From Zygnema circumcarinatum SAG 698-1b (Eukaryota > Plantae > Zygnematophyceae), in NCBI GenBank assembly GCA_037447605.1, contig CM074819.1:1-64000 (forward strand): a stretch of 64,000 bases of DNA, in the 5' to 3' direction. The position numbers were made by a program, and so were the translations under genes. The notes under the pieces are model-generated. The model was not told the DNA's origin. It was given only the letters and a program-made list of their open reading frames with translations, and did not search any database. This document shows, piece after piece, positions 1-13,174 of this stretch; within the stretch, counting starts at the first letter, position 1; the number at the start of each line of letters is the position of its first letter.

Positions 1-720
1 AAAAGCCCACTACCTTGCATGACAAGGGAAGTGTAGTGTTAAGCAACACGAGCAGCAGTTTCTACAGTCTTACAATAGCTACGCTGTGATCGAGAAGTTA
101 AGATAACAACCATACAGAAACAACACACTATATACTATGTCACAACATCCGTGACACTATTGACGAAGCTCAGAACATCGGCTAGCGGCCCACAAGGGCC
201 CTATCACGATCCTAATCCTGCGCCGTCGGATCCTCGTCGGTTCACTCGGATCCCGTACGTTTCCTCCGTCAGATCCGACTCGGCCTCTAAGCTAATCCAC
301 GTCTTGCGCTGTAAGATCTGACCGCGCCTCCAAGATAGATGACGCGTCAATCTTCGCGTCGTCGCACGCCACCGACATCTGACGCGGCTCGCACAATGAT
401 GGATTGTGATGCTGACATTTGACGCGGATCGCGTCAATTTAAGCGTTCATCTGAAGTTGATTGCCGCCGCGTCACTTCGATCGCCGCGCAGACTTTGCGC
501 GTTGCCCAGCTTCAATTCGTCTTGCGGCGCTGCCCGCGCCATGCCACTTTCGACTCGTCGCGCGCGCCTTCGCCACTTCTGACTTGCCGCTGTGCCTCCA
601 CCGACTGAAAATGTTGCATCGCCGCCACTACTTAGGCGCGCACCGCCGCCAAGGAAACACACAACACAAACACACAAAACTAATGTTCCAACAAAACATG
701 CTAACTATCATACACTAACA
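1..720 (-). mobile_element. Copia family A LTR, cut by window edge
   Basis: Reverse complement begins TGTTAGTGTATGATAGTTAGCATG at 720; aligns with LTRs at 1955-2904, 7143-8149 and 13191-13664. Confidence 0.85.
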
Positions 721-915
721 GGTCAGACTTTGACCATCGCTTACGGAATTCCCGAATTCCTTTTACTAAAAGTCACTTCTTTCGTGTACGAATTCCGGGT
801 CGGGATCCGCGGCTCTGGCGTACACAGCCGTACCAAAATGCGTACCTTGCTAATGCTAAATTCGCCTGACATGTTTACGAAATTGATTTGGCGATGGTCA
901 AGGTCTGACTCCCCG
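721..915. mobile_element. Putative MITE (~195 bp, terminal inverted repeats)
   Basis: 721-740 GGTCAGACTTTGACCATCGC matches the reverse complement of 891-910 at 18/20 positions. The right end continues CCCCG|TA; the left end abuts the LTR at 720. Confidence 0.45.
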
Positions 916-1222
916 TAATGTTAACACGGACTTCCTTCTACCCAACTAACGGACTTCCTTCTTCCTTCTTCCATCTTTCCAACCCCAAGATTGTCGTCCA
1001 ATATTGGTTGACCAAAAACATTATGGGGGATTAAGAACCAGCTCCTTCCTGCCCTGCTGTTTCCCTCCCCTCCTCGCCCGCCCTTCCTCTCCGCCCCTCC
1101 GCCACCTCTCCGCGCCTTGTTACCTTGCGCTGCTGTTCACTATGAGCTTGGTTCTACTGCTGGCCCTTATCGAGCTCACCCAAAACATGACCATTTGAGG
1201 AGAGTAGTGATGAAATTGACGA

Positions 1223-1954
1223 CGTTGATGTGGATCTTCCATTGCCTCTGCTTTTTATTGCATCACCTTTGCATCCCAGTTCCCATTCAATCTATGTTAC
1301 AATCTTGAACTCTCACATTCACTCATAGCCCATTTTACTCAGTAGTAGTGACCCTCACAGACATTGCACAGCGGAATAACAGAGAGAAAAGGATAGGAGA
1401 AAGCTCTCGGCTCTAAAACTCCTTAATAATAATCTTATCAACACAAATGAGAGACCCCCTCTCAAATAGCCCAATAAACTCAAAAGCCCACTACCTCGCA
1501 ACACAAGCAAGTGTAATGTTAAGCAACACGAGCAACAGCTTCTCAGAGTCTACAATAGCTACGTTGATAACCCAGAAGTTAAGAGTAACAATCAAACAAA
1601 ACAACACACTATATACTATGTCACAACATCCGTGACACTACCATGCTACGAAGCTCACAACATCGGCTAGCGGCCCACAAGGGCCCTATCCCGATCCTAA
1701 TCCTGCGCCGTCGGATCCTCGTCGGCTCACACGGATCCCGTACGTTTCCTCCGTCATATCCGGTCGAGCGAAGCTGAATCCACGCCCTGCGTCTGAGCAT
1801 CCCACCCGCCTCCAAGACAGATGACGTGTCAACTCGCTGCGCTCATGCCACTTGCATTTGACGCCGTCTCCCACAATGATGAATCGCGCGCGACATTTTG
1901 ATGCCGATCGCGTCAAGTCCGACTTGTTCCAATCTAAGTTGACGCCGCGCTCAT
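1223..1954 (-). mobile_element. Partial copia family A LTR, interrupted at 1954
   Basis: Homologous to family A LTR (CACTCATAGCCCATTTTACTC, GGCTCTAAAACTCC, GATCCTAATCCTGCGCCGTCGGATCC). Left boundary approximate. Confidence 0.7.
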
Positions 1955-4900
1955 TGTTGGTGGAGGGACTCCTCCACCGCCTGCCGGCTTCTCCACCTCG
2001 CACCCACCTTCATCCGGAGTTCGTGCTCCATCGATGATGACATTTCCTAAACTTTTACATTCATTTATAGCCCATTTTACTTAGACACAGTGACCCTCTA
2101 CACGCATAGCGGAACAAGAAAGTAGAGAAAGGATAGGAGAAATTTCTCGGCTCTAAACTCTCTTAATAATGATCTTAACATTAGAATGAGAGACCCCCTC
2201 TCAATGTACCCAACATGTCACTACCTCGCACCACAAGCAAGTGTAGTGTCAAGCAACACGAGCAACAGCCTTCTCAAGCTCATAGCTACGCTGGTGATCC
2301 AGAAGTTAAGATAACAACCATACAAAAACAACACACTATATACTATGTCACAACATCCGTGACACTACCATACAACGAAGCTCACAACATCGGTGAGCGG
2401 CCCCGCAGGGACCTATCCCGATCTCATCCTGCGCGCCGCATCCTCGCCGGCTATACGGACCCCCGACGCTTCTCGCGAGATCGACTCGGCCCCAAGCCAA
2501 TCCACGTCGCCGAGTATTTGACCCGCCTCCAAGATTGACTGATGTGCCACCGCGTCATCGCATGCCATCGCACTGACGCCGCTCGCACAATGATGATCGC
2601 GCTCACTCCGACGCGCATCGCGCCAAGTCCGGGCCGTTTATTGAAAGGCGACGCCGCGTCTGTCACTTCTGAGCTCTCGCGCGCAGATCGCGCGCCGCGC
2701 CACACTTCAATCCGCGCTGCCGGCGTCGCGCGCCATGCCATTTCCCAGCCGCGCCGCGCCTCGCCACTTCTGATCCGTCGCGCCGCGTCTCTTCCATGTA
2801 CCTAATGTTTGTCGCCGCCACTCACCTAGGCGCGCACCTCGCCATAACAACACAAACATATAAAACTGGAGTGTTCAAAACATGCTAACTATCATACACT
2901 AACATGCCCCCTCTTTGGAACTTCTAGTTTTGCATGGGCCCCAGCCCAATCAACCTGCAGTTGACTAATAGTGTTTCCCCGCTAGCCCCCTTTGTTAGCA
3001 TGTCTGCGGCTTGCTCTTGGTGCCTACGAACTTCACCTCAATCAAGCCCTCCTCGACCAACTCTCGTACATAATGGTACTGCACCCGAATGTGCTTGGTC
3101 CACTTGTGGAACACAGGGTTTCCCACCAGGGCAATCGACGATTGATTGTCGGTAAACAAGGTAATCGGTCGTTGGTCCCTCTTGCATTCTTCAAAGAACT
3201 GCATGAACCACACTCCTTCCTTCGAAGCATGACAAGCACCCATGTACCGCCTCTCCGTGTCCGAGAACGCTGATTGAGTCCTTGAACTTGGAACTCCAAC
3301 GAACCGCTCCTCCATTCAGGCAAACGGGTATCCTCAAGTCGAAATTGTGACGATCGACATCTCCTTTGATTGTAGTTGCATATCTACTCACTTGTGTTGC
3401 CCCCCTCATACCTGATATCCGCAATCGGGCGTCCTCCTTCAAACATCTAAAATCTCTTCCACCGCCTTTGATGCTCCAGCCGGATTCTCCATGAACCGGT
3501 GGCGAGCTCACCGCCTCCGCGAGTCGGACGCGTCTCCATTATCCAGTACATCAGAATCCCACGCGGATTTGCACGGCACTCCAAATATTTTGTGCCTCCG
3601 CATTTGACGAAGGTGACATCCTTCGAAAGCCTAGTGCCGATCTCCATGGGGCCGGAACACGGTGGAATATCCTCCATTTGAAACAACACACTCGAAGCAG
3701 ACTTCCTTTGACAGACAAACAGCTTCCATCCTGCCCTTCTTCAGTCGTTCCAGGACATCTGCTGAGTTTTACATTTCGAAATTTGCCTTGGAATAAATTC
3801 TGTCAAGATCTGATTCTTTCAAGGGAGAGGCTCACCATGATGGTATCGACAGATCTAGCTAACATGATGTTGCCTCCTTCACGGCACGAATGATTTGCCT
3901 CAGTCATAAAGTCATTCCTCCTTACAGCACTTGTCAACCTTTTCGTACCACACTCTCGGCGCGCGCTTCAAGCGGCAGAGGCTCTCCACGATCCGACAGA
4001 CTAGGTGCCCCCTTTCGGGGACGACCTTCCCCTCCGGCTGCTCCATGTAAATCTCTTCCGTGAGATCACCATACAGAAATGCCGACTTGATGTCCCATTG
4101 ATGAACGTGCATTCCTTCAGCCGCTGCAATGGAAATCAAGGCTCTCAGGGAATCTAGCTTTACCATTGGAGCGAACGTCTCGATGCAGCCATCCCCGATA
4201 CTGCCGGCCTATCCTTCGCCACTAGCGCGTGCGTGCCTGATTCACGCTTCCGCTCGCCTTCCCCTCCACTTCGAAGGCCCACTTGGACCAGAGCTCGCCT
4301 CCCTTGAGGCAGCTCCTCCAATCTCCACGTGCCGTTCTTGATCAGGCTGTCCCATTCGCTATCAATCGCAACCCGCCACTTATCGCCATCGACTCCGTCG
4401 TGCGCCTCCTCAAAGGTCCGTGTGATCATGACAGTGGGGCAACTCCCACAAAGCCACATTGAATTGATGCACCCCTCTGATCAGATTGGTACTGAGACGA
4501 AACTCATCTGGTTGCCTCGTGCTTTCCTTGCCTTTTCCGCACTGTCTTTGGATCTTCGTCCTTCCTGAAAGAGAGTTTGCCAACAAACCGGGTATGTCTG
4601 TGAACAGAGCCGCCCTTTCTCGGCGCTTCAAGCATCATCCGAACTCTGTGCATGTGGGTGGGGTCGTCTTGCATTGAAGTTCTTCACCACTGGAGTGAGT
4701 GTGAAGGGAGCGTCCTCTTGGCCAACTTCTGTGGCTCCCGCATGCGCCTCCAAGGTGGCCCTCCACAGCCATGAGCCGCGCTGTCGCGCCCGGCTTGGCT
4801 CCTTCAGCTTGCGACGTGCTGGCACCCGCACAGCACACCACCTCCTTAGCCCTGCTCTCCCTCCCGCACATGATCTCAGGGTCGGCCTCCACCCAGCAAG

Positions 4901-7900
4901 ACTCAAGTTGGAACACGCTCAATCATACTCCGACTTGCAATGTCTCCGCCCAGAGAACTTCCTTCAGCCAGGGTTCCAAACCCGCAGGTGCGGCTTGCTG
5001 GTGCCCCAGACTTGAAGACGCAGCCCTCCACGGCTCGGGGGCTCGATTTCTCTTCCGTCGCGCTTGGAGCCAGCCCAGGCATCGCGTGCCAAAGGTCCTA
5101 GGTGGGAAACTGTGGGCTCCCTCCCACTCCAGGTCGCCCAGGGGACCTGGCTTTCAGAATAGGAAGACGGATATCTGTTTTCTGTAATGCTGAGGAGCCG
5201 AGAGTTGCCTTCTCCCCAATAGGCATAGGAAAGGGAATCAATCAACATGGTCCTGGCCATGTCCCCCAATGTCCTATTCACACGTTCAGTTGCTCCATTA
5301 TTCTGTGGGGAATAGGGGGCTGAGAATTCATGCCTTATACCGCGGTTCTTCAGAAACGCCGCGAATTCCTTCGATTTGAACTCGCCACCATTGTCCAAAC
5401 GGAAAGCCTTAAGCTTTTGTCCCGTCTCTGTCTCCGCCTGGTTCAGCCAGTCTCGAAAGGCTCCGAAAGCCTCTGACTTGTTCTTCAGGAGTGTGATCCA
5501 AATCTTCCTTGAGAGTCGTCAAGAAGGTGACGAAGTCGCTCGCCACCGATCGCCGGTGTAACCGGTCACACAAGCCAGATGTACCAGTCTCCAACTTCTC
5601 TCGTGCTTTGATAGGACCCGTCTCCACTCTCTCACGCGGGCCCTGTGTGCTTGCCCTCCACACATTCTCGGAACCTTAGCTCCTCTCATATCTGGGCTCC
5701 CAGCCCACGGGACTAGCCCCCCCCTCCACGCAAAAGCTTCATGCCTCTGCGTGTGCAGTCAGTCTACGATGCCATATATCTACAGCTATCTTGAACCTAT
5801 CACCTTCTTTATGATTTTCCTTATAATCAAGATAATACAGTCGCTTTCCTCATACCCTTGTAGCTGTCCTCCCAGCTTCTGAGTGATAGCCACACATGGA
5901 CTTCCTCAAAATAAACAGCGTATCCTTTCTTGCACACTTGGCTCACAGACATGAAGTCCCAGGAGGCCAGGAGGCTGAAGAACATCACCATGCTGGACTT
6001 CTCCTGACATCGCCTTTCATCGATGGACTGGGCTGCTCCCTCCAGGACCACTCGACGGCTCCACCTCTGCCACGCGACCCTTCACCGGTTGTTGATGAAC
6101 CGAGCGAGCCCGCCCCAAGGTGTCGGACTGGGAGACATCGGATGTATCCCTCACATGTGGCATGTTGCCGGAGCGAACGAGCCACGGCGCTTCAGTGCCT
6201 CTGCCGCGGTTCCTTCCCATAAAATCGTGCCCCACAGTTTCCCAGGATGGAGGTTGCTCTTGATGACCTCGCAGCGAACTCTTGTGACCTCTCTTCTTGC
6301 ACTTGAAACAAGTGCCGCGAATGCCTCCCTCCTTCTTGCCTACTAGTCTCGCTTCCTCCCTTCTCTGACTGCTCTTTTTGTCTCGAGTAGCCCGGCCCAG
6401 TAGCTGGCCGGTCTTGCCACATGTGAAGCATGGCACATTCGAGCGTTCTCCTCGGGCTGACTTCGGGGCGCCTCCTCTTCTTCGATTCGGTCGAGTGTGC
6501 AACGCGAGCACCTTCTCTTCTTGGCCGCCGACATCCTGAATCGAATCCTCCTCCTTTATCCTACGCTTAACTTGTTCAAGCGTCATAGAGGTATTGGTCA
6601 GGAGCCGTCCTCAAGGCTGCCACCTGAGCTTCCACTTTCCGGCAAACCCCTACAGTTGGCTTACTCATGGTCTGCAGCCTAACGGCTTCCCAAGGCTATG
6701 AACCTTCTCATCAATGCATCAAATTTGACCATATAAAGCTTCAAGTCTTCTCTCTTTGAAAGTTATCTTCATCTTGCCTAGCTGAGAGTAGGGTCATGAG
6801 TGCCACATTGTCTTTCACATCAGACATTCTCCTAGCACTTCCACAGCATGAGAGGTTTTCAGATCATACAGCAGATAGGGATGGACTTCCTTTGACGCCC
6901 ACAACAATCTGCGTCAGGGCTTTTGTTGTCCTCGGCCTTCCATTCGTGCCACCACGTCGTGCTCTCGACTTGCCGTTCTCCGCCGCAGGCTCCAACCCAC
7001 TCGGCGCCTCGATGCCGCCATCAACGACCCAGTGCAACCCTCGCCCACAGGCAAAGGCACCAACCCTCTATCTCCATGCTGCCAATCCCTTCATCACGCC
7101 ATACCCACCACCTGCTCCCGTCACCATGAGCTCGACGACCACTGTTGGTGGAAGGATCCTCCATTGCCCGCCGGCTCCACTCCGCATCACCTTTCCATCG
7201 GAGTTCCGTCTCCAATCGAACTCATGACATTTCTAAACTCTCACATTCACTCATAGCCCATTTTTACTCATAGAGTGAACCTCTCAGAACATGCATATGG
7301 GAATAACAGAAATATAGAAAGCTCTCTGCTTTAAAACTCCTTAATAATGATCTTAACACCACAATTGAGAGACCCCCTCTCAACTAGCCCAATAAACTCA
7401 AAAGCCCACTACCTCGCAGCACAAGCAAGTGTAGTGTTAAGCAACACGAGCAACAGCTTCTCAGAGTCTACAATAGCTACGCTGGTGATCCAGAAGTTAA
7501 GATAACAACCATACAAAAACAACACACTATATCTTTATGTCACAACATCCGTGACACTACCGTACAACGAAGCTCACAACGCTCCGGCTAGCGGCCGCCC
7601 AAAGTCTATCGATCCTCATCTGCTTGGCCCGTGGGGATCTCGTCGGCTCACCGCGGATCCGTCACGTTTCCTCATTCGAGATCCGACTCGGCCTCTAGCT
7701 AATCCGCACGTCTTTGCGTAGTAGGATACGACCCAGCCTCAAGATTGATGGCCAGCGTCAAACTCCACAGCGTCGTCGCGCATCGTTATCGGCGCCGCTC
7801 GGTACAATGATGAATCAGCCTTGGAAACATTTTGGCCGCCGCGTGCGTCAAGTCCGTCGTTCAATCAAAGGTTGGCGCGGCGTCACGCCTTCGATTCGGC

Positions 7901-8149
7901 GCGCGCGGTTTGGCGGCGTCGCCAATTCTTCAATTCGCTGGCGGCGGCGTCCACATCCGTCCTTTAGATTTGTGCATTAAGCCTCATCCTTTTGACTCCT
8001 TGGCGCCCGGCTGCTCTTCCACCGACCAAATGTCCCGGAGTACGTAGCCCTCTTAGCAAGTGGCGCACCTCCCACTCAAGGAAACACACAACACAAACAC
8101 ACACAAAACTAATGTTCCAACAAAACATGCTAGCTATCGTACACTAACT
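1955..8149 (-). mobile_element. Ty1/copia element A1 (LTRs 1955-2904 and 7143-8149), coding region heavily frameshifted
   Basis: PPT (rc CCAAAGAGGGGGCA) at 2905-2918; degenerate iMet PBS just inside 7143. Fragments in copia order on the minus strand: gag CCHC (6017-6586), integrase DNGGEF (4964-5398), RT (3912-4459), RNase H FHKWTKHI (2995-3315). Confidence 0.85.
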
Positions 8150-8189
8150 TGATCCCCACTAACGGAACTGGTTTTGCGGGCCCCGGCCG

Positions 8190-11100
8190 TCGACCTCAGA
8201 TTGACTAATAGTGTTTCCCCACTAACTCCGCTTTGTTGGCATATCTGCGTACCTGCTCCTTGGTGCTACAGACTTCACCTCAATCAAGCCCTCCTCGACC
8301 AACTCCCGTCACGTAATGATGCTGGCGAATATTGCTTGGTCCACTTGTGGAACACAGGGTTTCCCCACGGGGCAATGCGGCCGATTGATTGTGGTAAACA
8401 AGGTAATGTCGGTCGTTGGTCCCTCTTGCATTCTTCAAGAACTGCGTGAACCACACTCCTTTCGCCCGAGCATGTGAGCACCCGTGGCAACAGCCTCGCG
8501 TTAACCGATGCGCCATAGAGGTCACGCAGCGGAACTCCACACGAAATGCGCTCCTCCTCCCGTTCAGGTAAAGCAGAAACCCGAAGTCGGCGTGATGTAT
8601 GCGACATCTCCTCCCCAATCTGAGTCTGTATAGCCAATCACTCTGGTTGGCCCCCTCTCATACCTGATTCCGTAATCGAGCGTCCCCTTCACATATCTGA
8701 AAATCCTCTTCACTGCCTCCCAATGCTCGAGGCCCGGATTCTCCATGAATCGGCTGGCCGAGCTCACCGCTTTCGCCAAGTCCGGACGCGTTCCGATCAT
8801 CAAGTACATTAGACTCCCAATCGCGGATCTGTATGGCACTCCAAACATCTTCTGTGCCTCCGCATCCGACGAAGGTGACATCTCCTTCGATAGCCTAGTG
8901 CTGATCTCCATGGGGCTGGAGCATGGCCTGGCGTCCTCCATTCGAAAACGGGCAAGCACATCTGAAGCATACTTCCTTTGACATAAAAACAAGCTTCCAT
9001 CTTGCCCCCTCTTCAGCTGCATTCCTCGCAGATACTGCGCCTCTCCCAGATCTGACATTTTGAAATTTGCCTGAAGCAACTCTTTCGAAGATCTGATTCT
9101 TTCAAGGGAGAGGCTCACCATGATCAGGTCGTCCACATAGATTCCTACGAACATGATGTCTGCCCCCTCTCCTTGACGGTACACCGAATGATCTGTCTCA
9201 AACCGAACAAAGTCATTCCTCCTCAAAAGATCGTCTATCTTTTCGTACCACACTCTCGGCGCCTGCTTCAAGCCGTATAGGCTCTTCACTAGTCGGCAGA
9301 CTAGGTGCTCCTTCCCGGGGACGACCTTCCCCTCCGGCTGCTCCATGTAAATCTCTTCCGTGAGATCTGTTAGTGTTAGGCTAGTTAAGAACTTGTAAAT
9401 ACACTAAGATGTTTTGGTACTAAGTTCTTAGGGGTGTGCTCCTAGTCCGAATTGCATGTAGGACCACCTAAGCGACCGTACAAGTCTTCAGGGGTGTGCG
9501 CGTAGCGCGCGCACAAAGATCTGGCCGAAACCGGTGTACAGAGCGGCGCACGGGTGTACGGCCATCAGAGTGCAGATTGGTCAACGCGCGAGTGCACAGT
9601 ACGGAGCGCGAGACGGCGGAGTGCGCCGTGAGTGCGCGGACTGACAAACGGCGCTGATTGGTCAAAGCGCTGACGCGCGGATGAGGAGTACGGACGCGCG
9701 ACTTCTGATTGGTCGCGGCGCGAGCGCGGATCCGCGGAGCGCAAAGTTGCGGCGCGAAAACGACGAAGGAATGTCGGTGGCGAATCGCGACGCGCCACGT
9801 GGACACTTATATAGTGGGTCCGCTGGTTCGATCGTACGGCCGAAATGTCGGCGGAGAAAAGTTGCTAAAAGGGCTGGCGAAGCGGCAGAACTATACGGAC
9901 AGATGTACGAATAGACAAGAACTAGGTCGGTGCTGTCGTACGTTTACGAGGCGTGCTAGTTGGTCGCTATTCCTGAGTGCGCCCACTGAGATAGTGCATG
10001 GGCTTGCAATGGCGGACGAGATGTGACAACATGTGTCACGTCACACGGCCATTGTTGTATATGATAGAGGTCTGATTTGAAGGAGTTAACCTTCTCGGGA
10101 CTCACGTAGGCTGTGAGGCTATCTTGCTTTGGGCTTAGAAGATAGTGGGAAGTGTTCAGCTTGTAGTGGGGTGGTGTAATCACGTAGCTTGAGTTTAGGT
10201 GCTTGAAGCTTGGCTCTAGAGTTGTCAAGTTGTATTCATCTTTATATTAAGGAGTTTTAGGTTGGAGGCTTTCTCCTTACATCTTCTCATTTCCGCTGAT
10301 CTGTTCTACTGCATTCAGACTTGTGTGTGTGTCTACATCCTTGAGGAGTGTGGTTGATCAAGTCATTGAAGATGTCGAGCTCTACCAAGGGCAGAGGAGA
10401 AGTGGCAGCACCTCGCACGGAGGCCGCTGCACCAACAAGATCACCATATAAAAATGCCGTCTTGATGTCCAATTGATGGACATGCATTCCTTCAGCCGCT
10501 GCAATGGAAATCAAGGCTCTTAGAGAATTGAACTTTACCACTGGAGCGAACGTCTCCATGTAGTCAATCCCATACTGCTGGCCGTATCCTTTCGCCACCA
10601 AACGAGCCTTGTACCTATCCACGCTTCCGTCTGCCTTCCTCTTGACTTTGAAGACCCATTTGCAGCCAATAGCTCGCCTCCCTTGAGGCAGCTCCTCCAA
10701 TCTCCACGTGCCATTCTCGATCAGGCTGTCCCATTCGCTATCAATCGCAACCCGCCATTTATCGCCATCGACTCCGTCGTGCGCCTCCTCAAAGGTCTGT
10801 GGCTCGGTAATCATGAAGCAGTGGGCAACTCCCGCAAGGTCAGCTGAATCAGATGGCACTCTCTCTTGGATCAGATTTGTACCAGGTGAAAACCGATCTG
10901 GTTTCCTCGTGTCTCGGCCGCTCCTCCGGACTGTCTTCGAGCTTCGTCCTCTCGGGTAGAAGTAGAGTCCGGGAACAAATCCTGGGGGCATGTTTGCTAA
11001 CATAGCCTCCCTCTCGGCCGCTTCAAGATCATCCGAATCTTGTGCATGTAGCGGGACCGTCTCCACTGAGTTCTCCTCTTCACCACTGGAGTGAGTGTGA

Positions 11101-13174
11101 AGGGGAATCGTCTCCGCTGAACTTTGCGGCTCCTCCGCATGCGCCTCCAAGGGCGTCTCTCCAACATCAGCAGGCTCGCTTGTCGCTGCCGCTGGCTCGA
11201 CTCCTTCGTTCGCCGGCGTGCTGGCATCCTGCGCAGCACCACCCTTCTCTCCAACTGTCTCTCCCTCCTCGTACACGATCTCAAAGTCGGTCTTCGACGG
11301 AGGTAAGATCTGAGAGTCTGCAACACGCTCAACAACACTATCTTCATCAACTGTAATATCTCTCGTCTGGAGAACTTCCTTCAGTCGAGGGTTCCAAACC
11401 CTGTAGGTGCGNNNNNNNNNNCACACGTTCAGCTGCTCCATTACTCTGTGGGGAATAAGGGGCTGAGAATTCATGCCTTATACCGCGGTTCTTCAGAAAC
11501 GTTGCGAACTCGTTCGATTTGAACTCGCCACCATTGTCCGAACGAAAAGCTTTCAGCTTCTGTCCCGTCTCTGTTTCCGCCTAGTTCAGCCAGTCTCGAA
11601 AGGCTCCGAAAGCCTCTGACTTGTTCTTCAGGAGTGTAATCCAAATCTTCCTCGAATAGTCGTCAAGGAAGGTGACGAAGTACCGTGCTCCGCCACTGGT
11701 CGCCGGTGTAACAGGCCCGCACAAATCGGAGTGAACTAGCTCCAATCTCTCCTTCACTCGAAAGGACTCGTCTCCACTTCTCACGAACGGTTTCCTGTGC
11801 GCCTTGCCCTCCACACATTCTCGGCAAACCCCTAACTCCTTCTCCATTACACCCGGGTCTAGCCCACGGACTAGCCCCCTCTCAGCCAAGAGCTTCATAC
11901 CTCTGTGGTGTAAGTGACCAAGTCTACGATGCCATACATCTACGGCATTCTCTGAAACTGCATTCACCTCCTCATGATTTTCCCTCTTATAATCAAGATA
12001 ATACAACCCTCCTCTCTCATAACCCCTGAACAGCTGTCTCCCAGTTTTTGAATGGATAGCCACGCATGACTTCTCCCCAAACAGAACATTGTATCCCTTC
12101 TTGCACACTTGGCTCACAGACATAAAATTCTGCATGAGGCCAGGGGTGTGAAGAACATCACCAATGTGCAGTTTATCCTGAACATCGTCTTCATTGATGA
12201 CTGAGCCCTCTTCGAGGACCATCCTCACGGCTCCACCTCTCGTCACGGTGACTCCTTCACCGGTTGCTGAATGAACTGAGCGAGTCTGCTCCAAGGTGTC
12301 GAGCTTGGAGAACATCGATGTGTCCCCGCACATATGTGTGGATGCGCCGGAGTCAATTAGCCACGGCCGCTTCAGGTCCTCTGCCTGAATCCTTCCCACA
12401 AAATCGTGCTCAGTATTCTCAACCAGCATGAGGTTNNNNNNNNNNCACATGTGAAGCATGTCACGTTCGAACGTTCTCCTCGGGCAGACTTCGGGGCGCC
12501 TCCTCCTCTTCGATTCGGTCGAGTGTGCAACGCGAGCACCTTCTCTTCTTGGCCGCCGACATCCTGAATCGAATCCTCCTCCTTTATCCTACGCTTAACT
12601 TGTTCAAGCGTCATAGAGGTATTGGTCAGAACTGTCCTCAAAGCTGCCACTGAAACTTCGAATCTCCCGGGCAAACCCCCTAGAAACTGGCTTATCTTGT
12701 GGTCTGCATCTAACGGTTTTCCTAAGGCTATGAACCTCTCCATCAATGCATCAAATCTGACCATATAAGCTTCTAGTTTCTCCTCTGAAGTCATCTTCAT
12801 CTTGCCTAGCTGAGGGTAAAGACTGACTATTGTCACATTGTCTTTCACATCATACATCTTCTCTAGACACTTCCACATAGCATGAGAGGTTTTCAGATCA
12901 TACAACATAGAGGATGGACTTCCTCTTACGCTCATAACACTCTGCGTCAGGGCTTTGTTGTCTTTGGCCTTCCATCGTGCGAGCGCCACGTCGTGCTCCG
13001 ACTGCTGCTCCGTTGAGGCTCCAACCGGTAACTCCGGCGCCTTGATGTTGCCATCAACATACCCAAGCAACCCTTTGCCCACAAGCAAAGGCACCAACCT
13101 CCATCTCCATGCTTTGTAATCCTGCCCATCGAATGCCGGTATGCTGAACTTGACGTGGTCCTCCGAGTCTCCAT
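8190..13174 (-). pseudogene. Copia gag-pol polyprotein of A2, interrupted by a solo LTR and gaps
   Basis: Gag (12446-13174); protease WLIDSGAS and GAG-pre-integrase/IN WHRRLGH..C..C, HSDLCGP (11581-12435); RT YKARLVAKG, SLYGLKQAPR, YVDD (8564-9346, 10438-10800). Confidence 0.9.
9368..10437 (+). mobile_element. Solo LTR (copia family B, 1070 bp) inserted in the A2 RT domain
   Basis: TGTTAG...CACCAACA termini; perfect TSD AGATC (9363-9367 / 10438-10442); splits the YGDL|TEEIYM codons. Confidence 0.93.
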
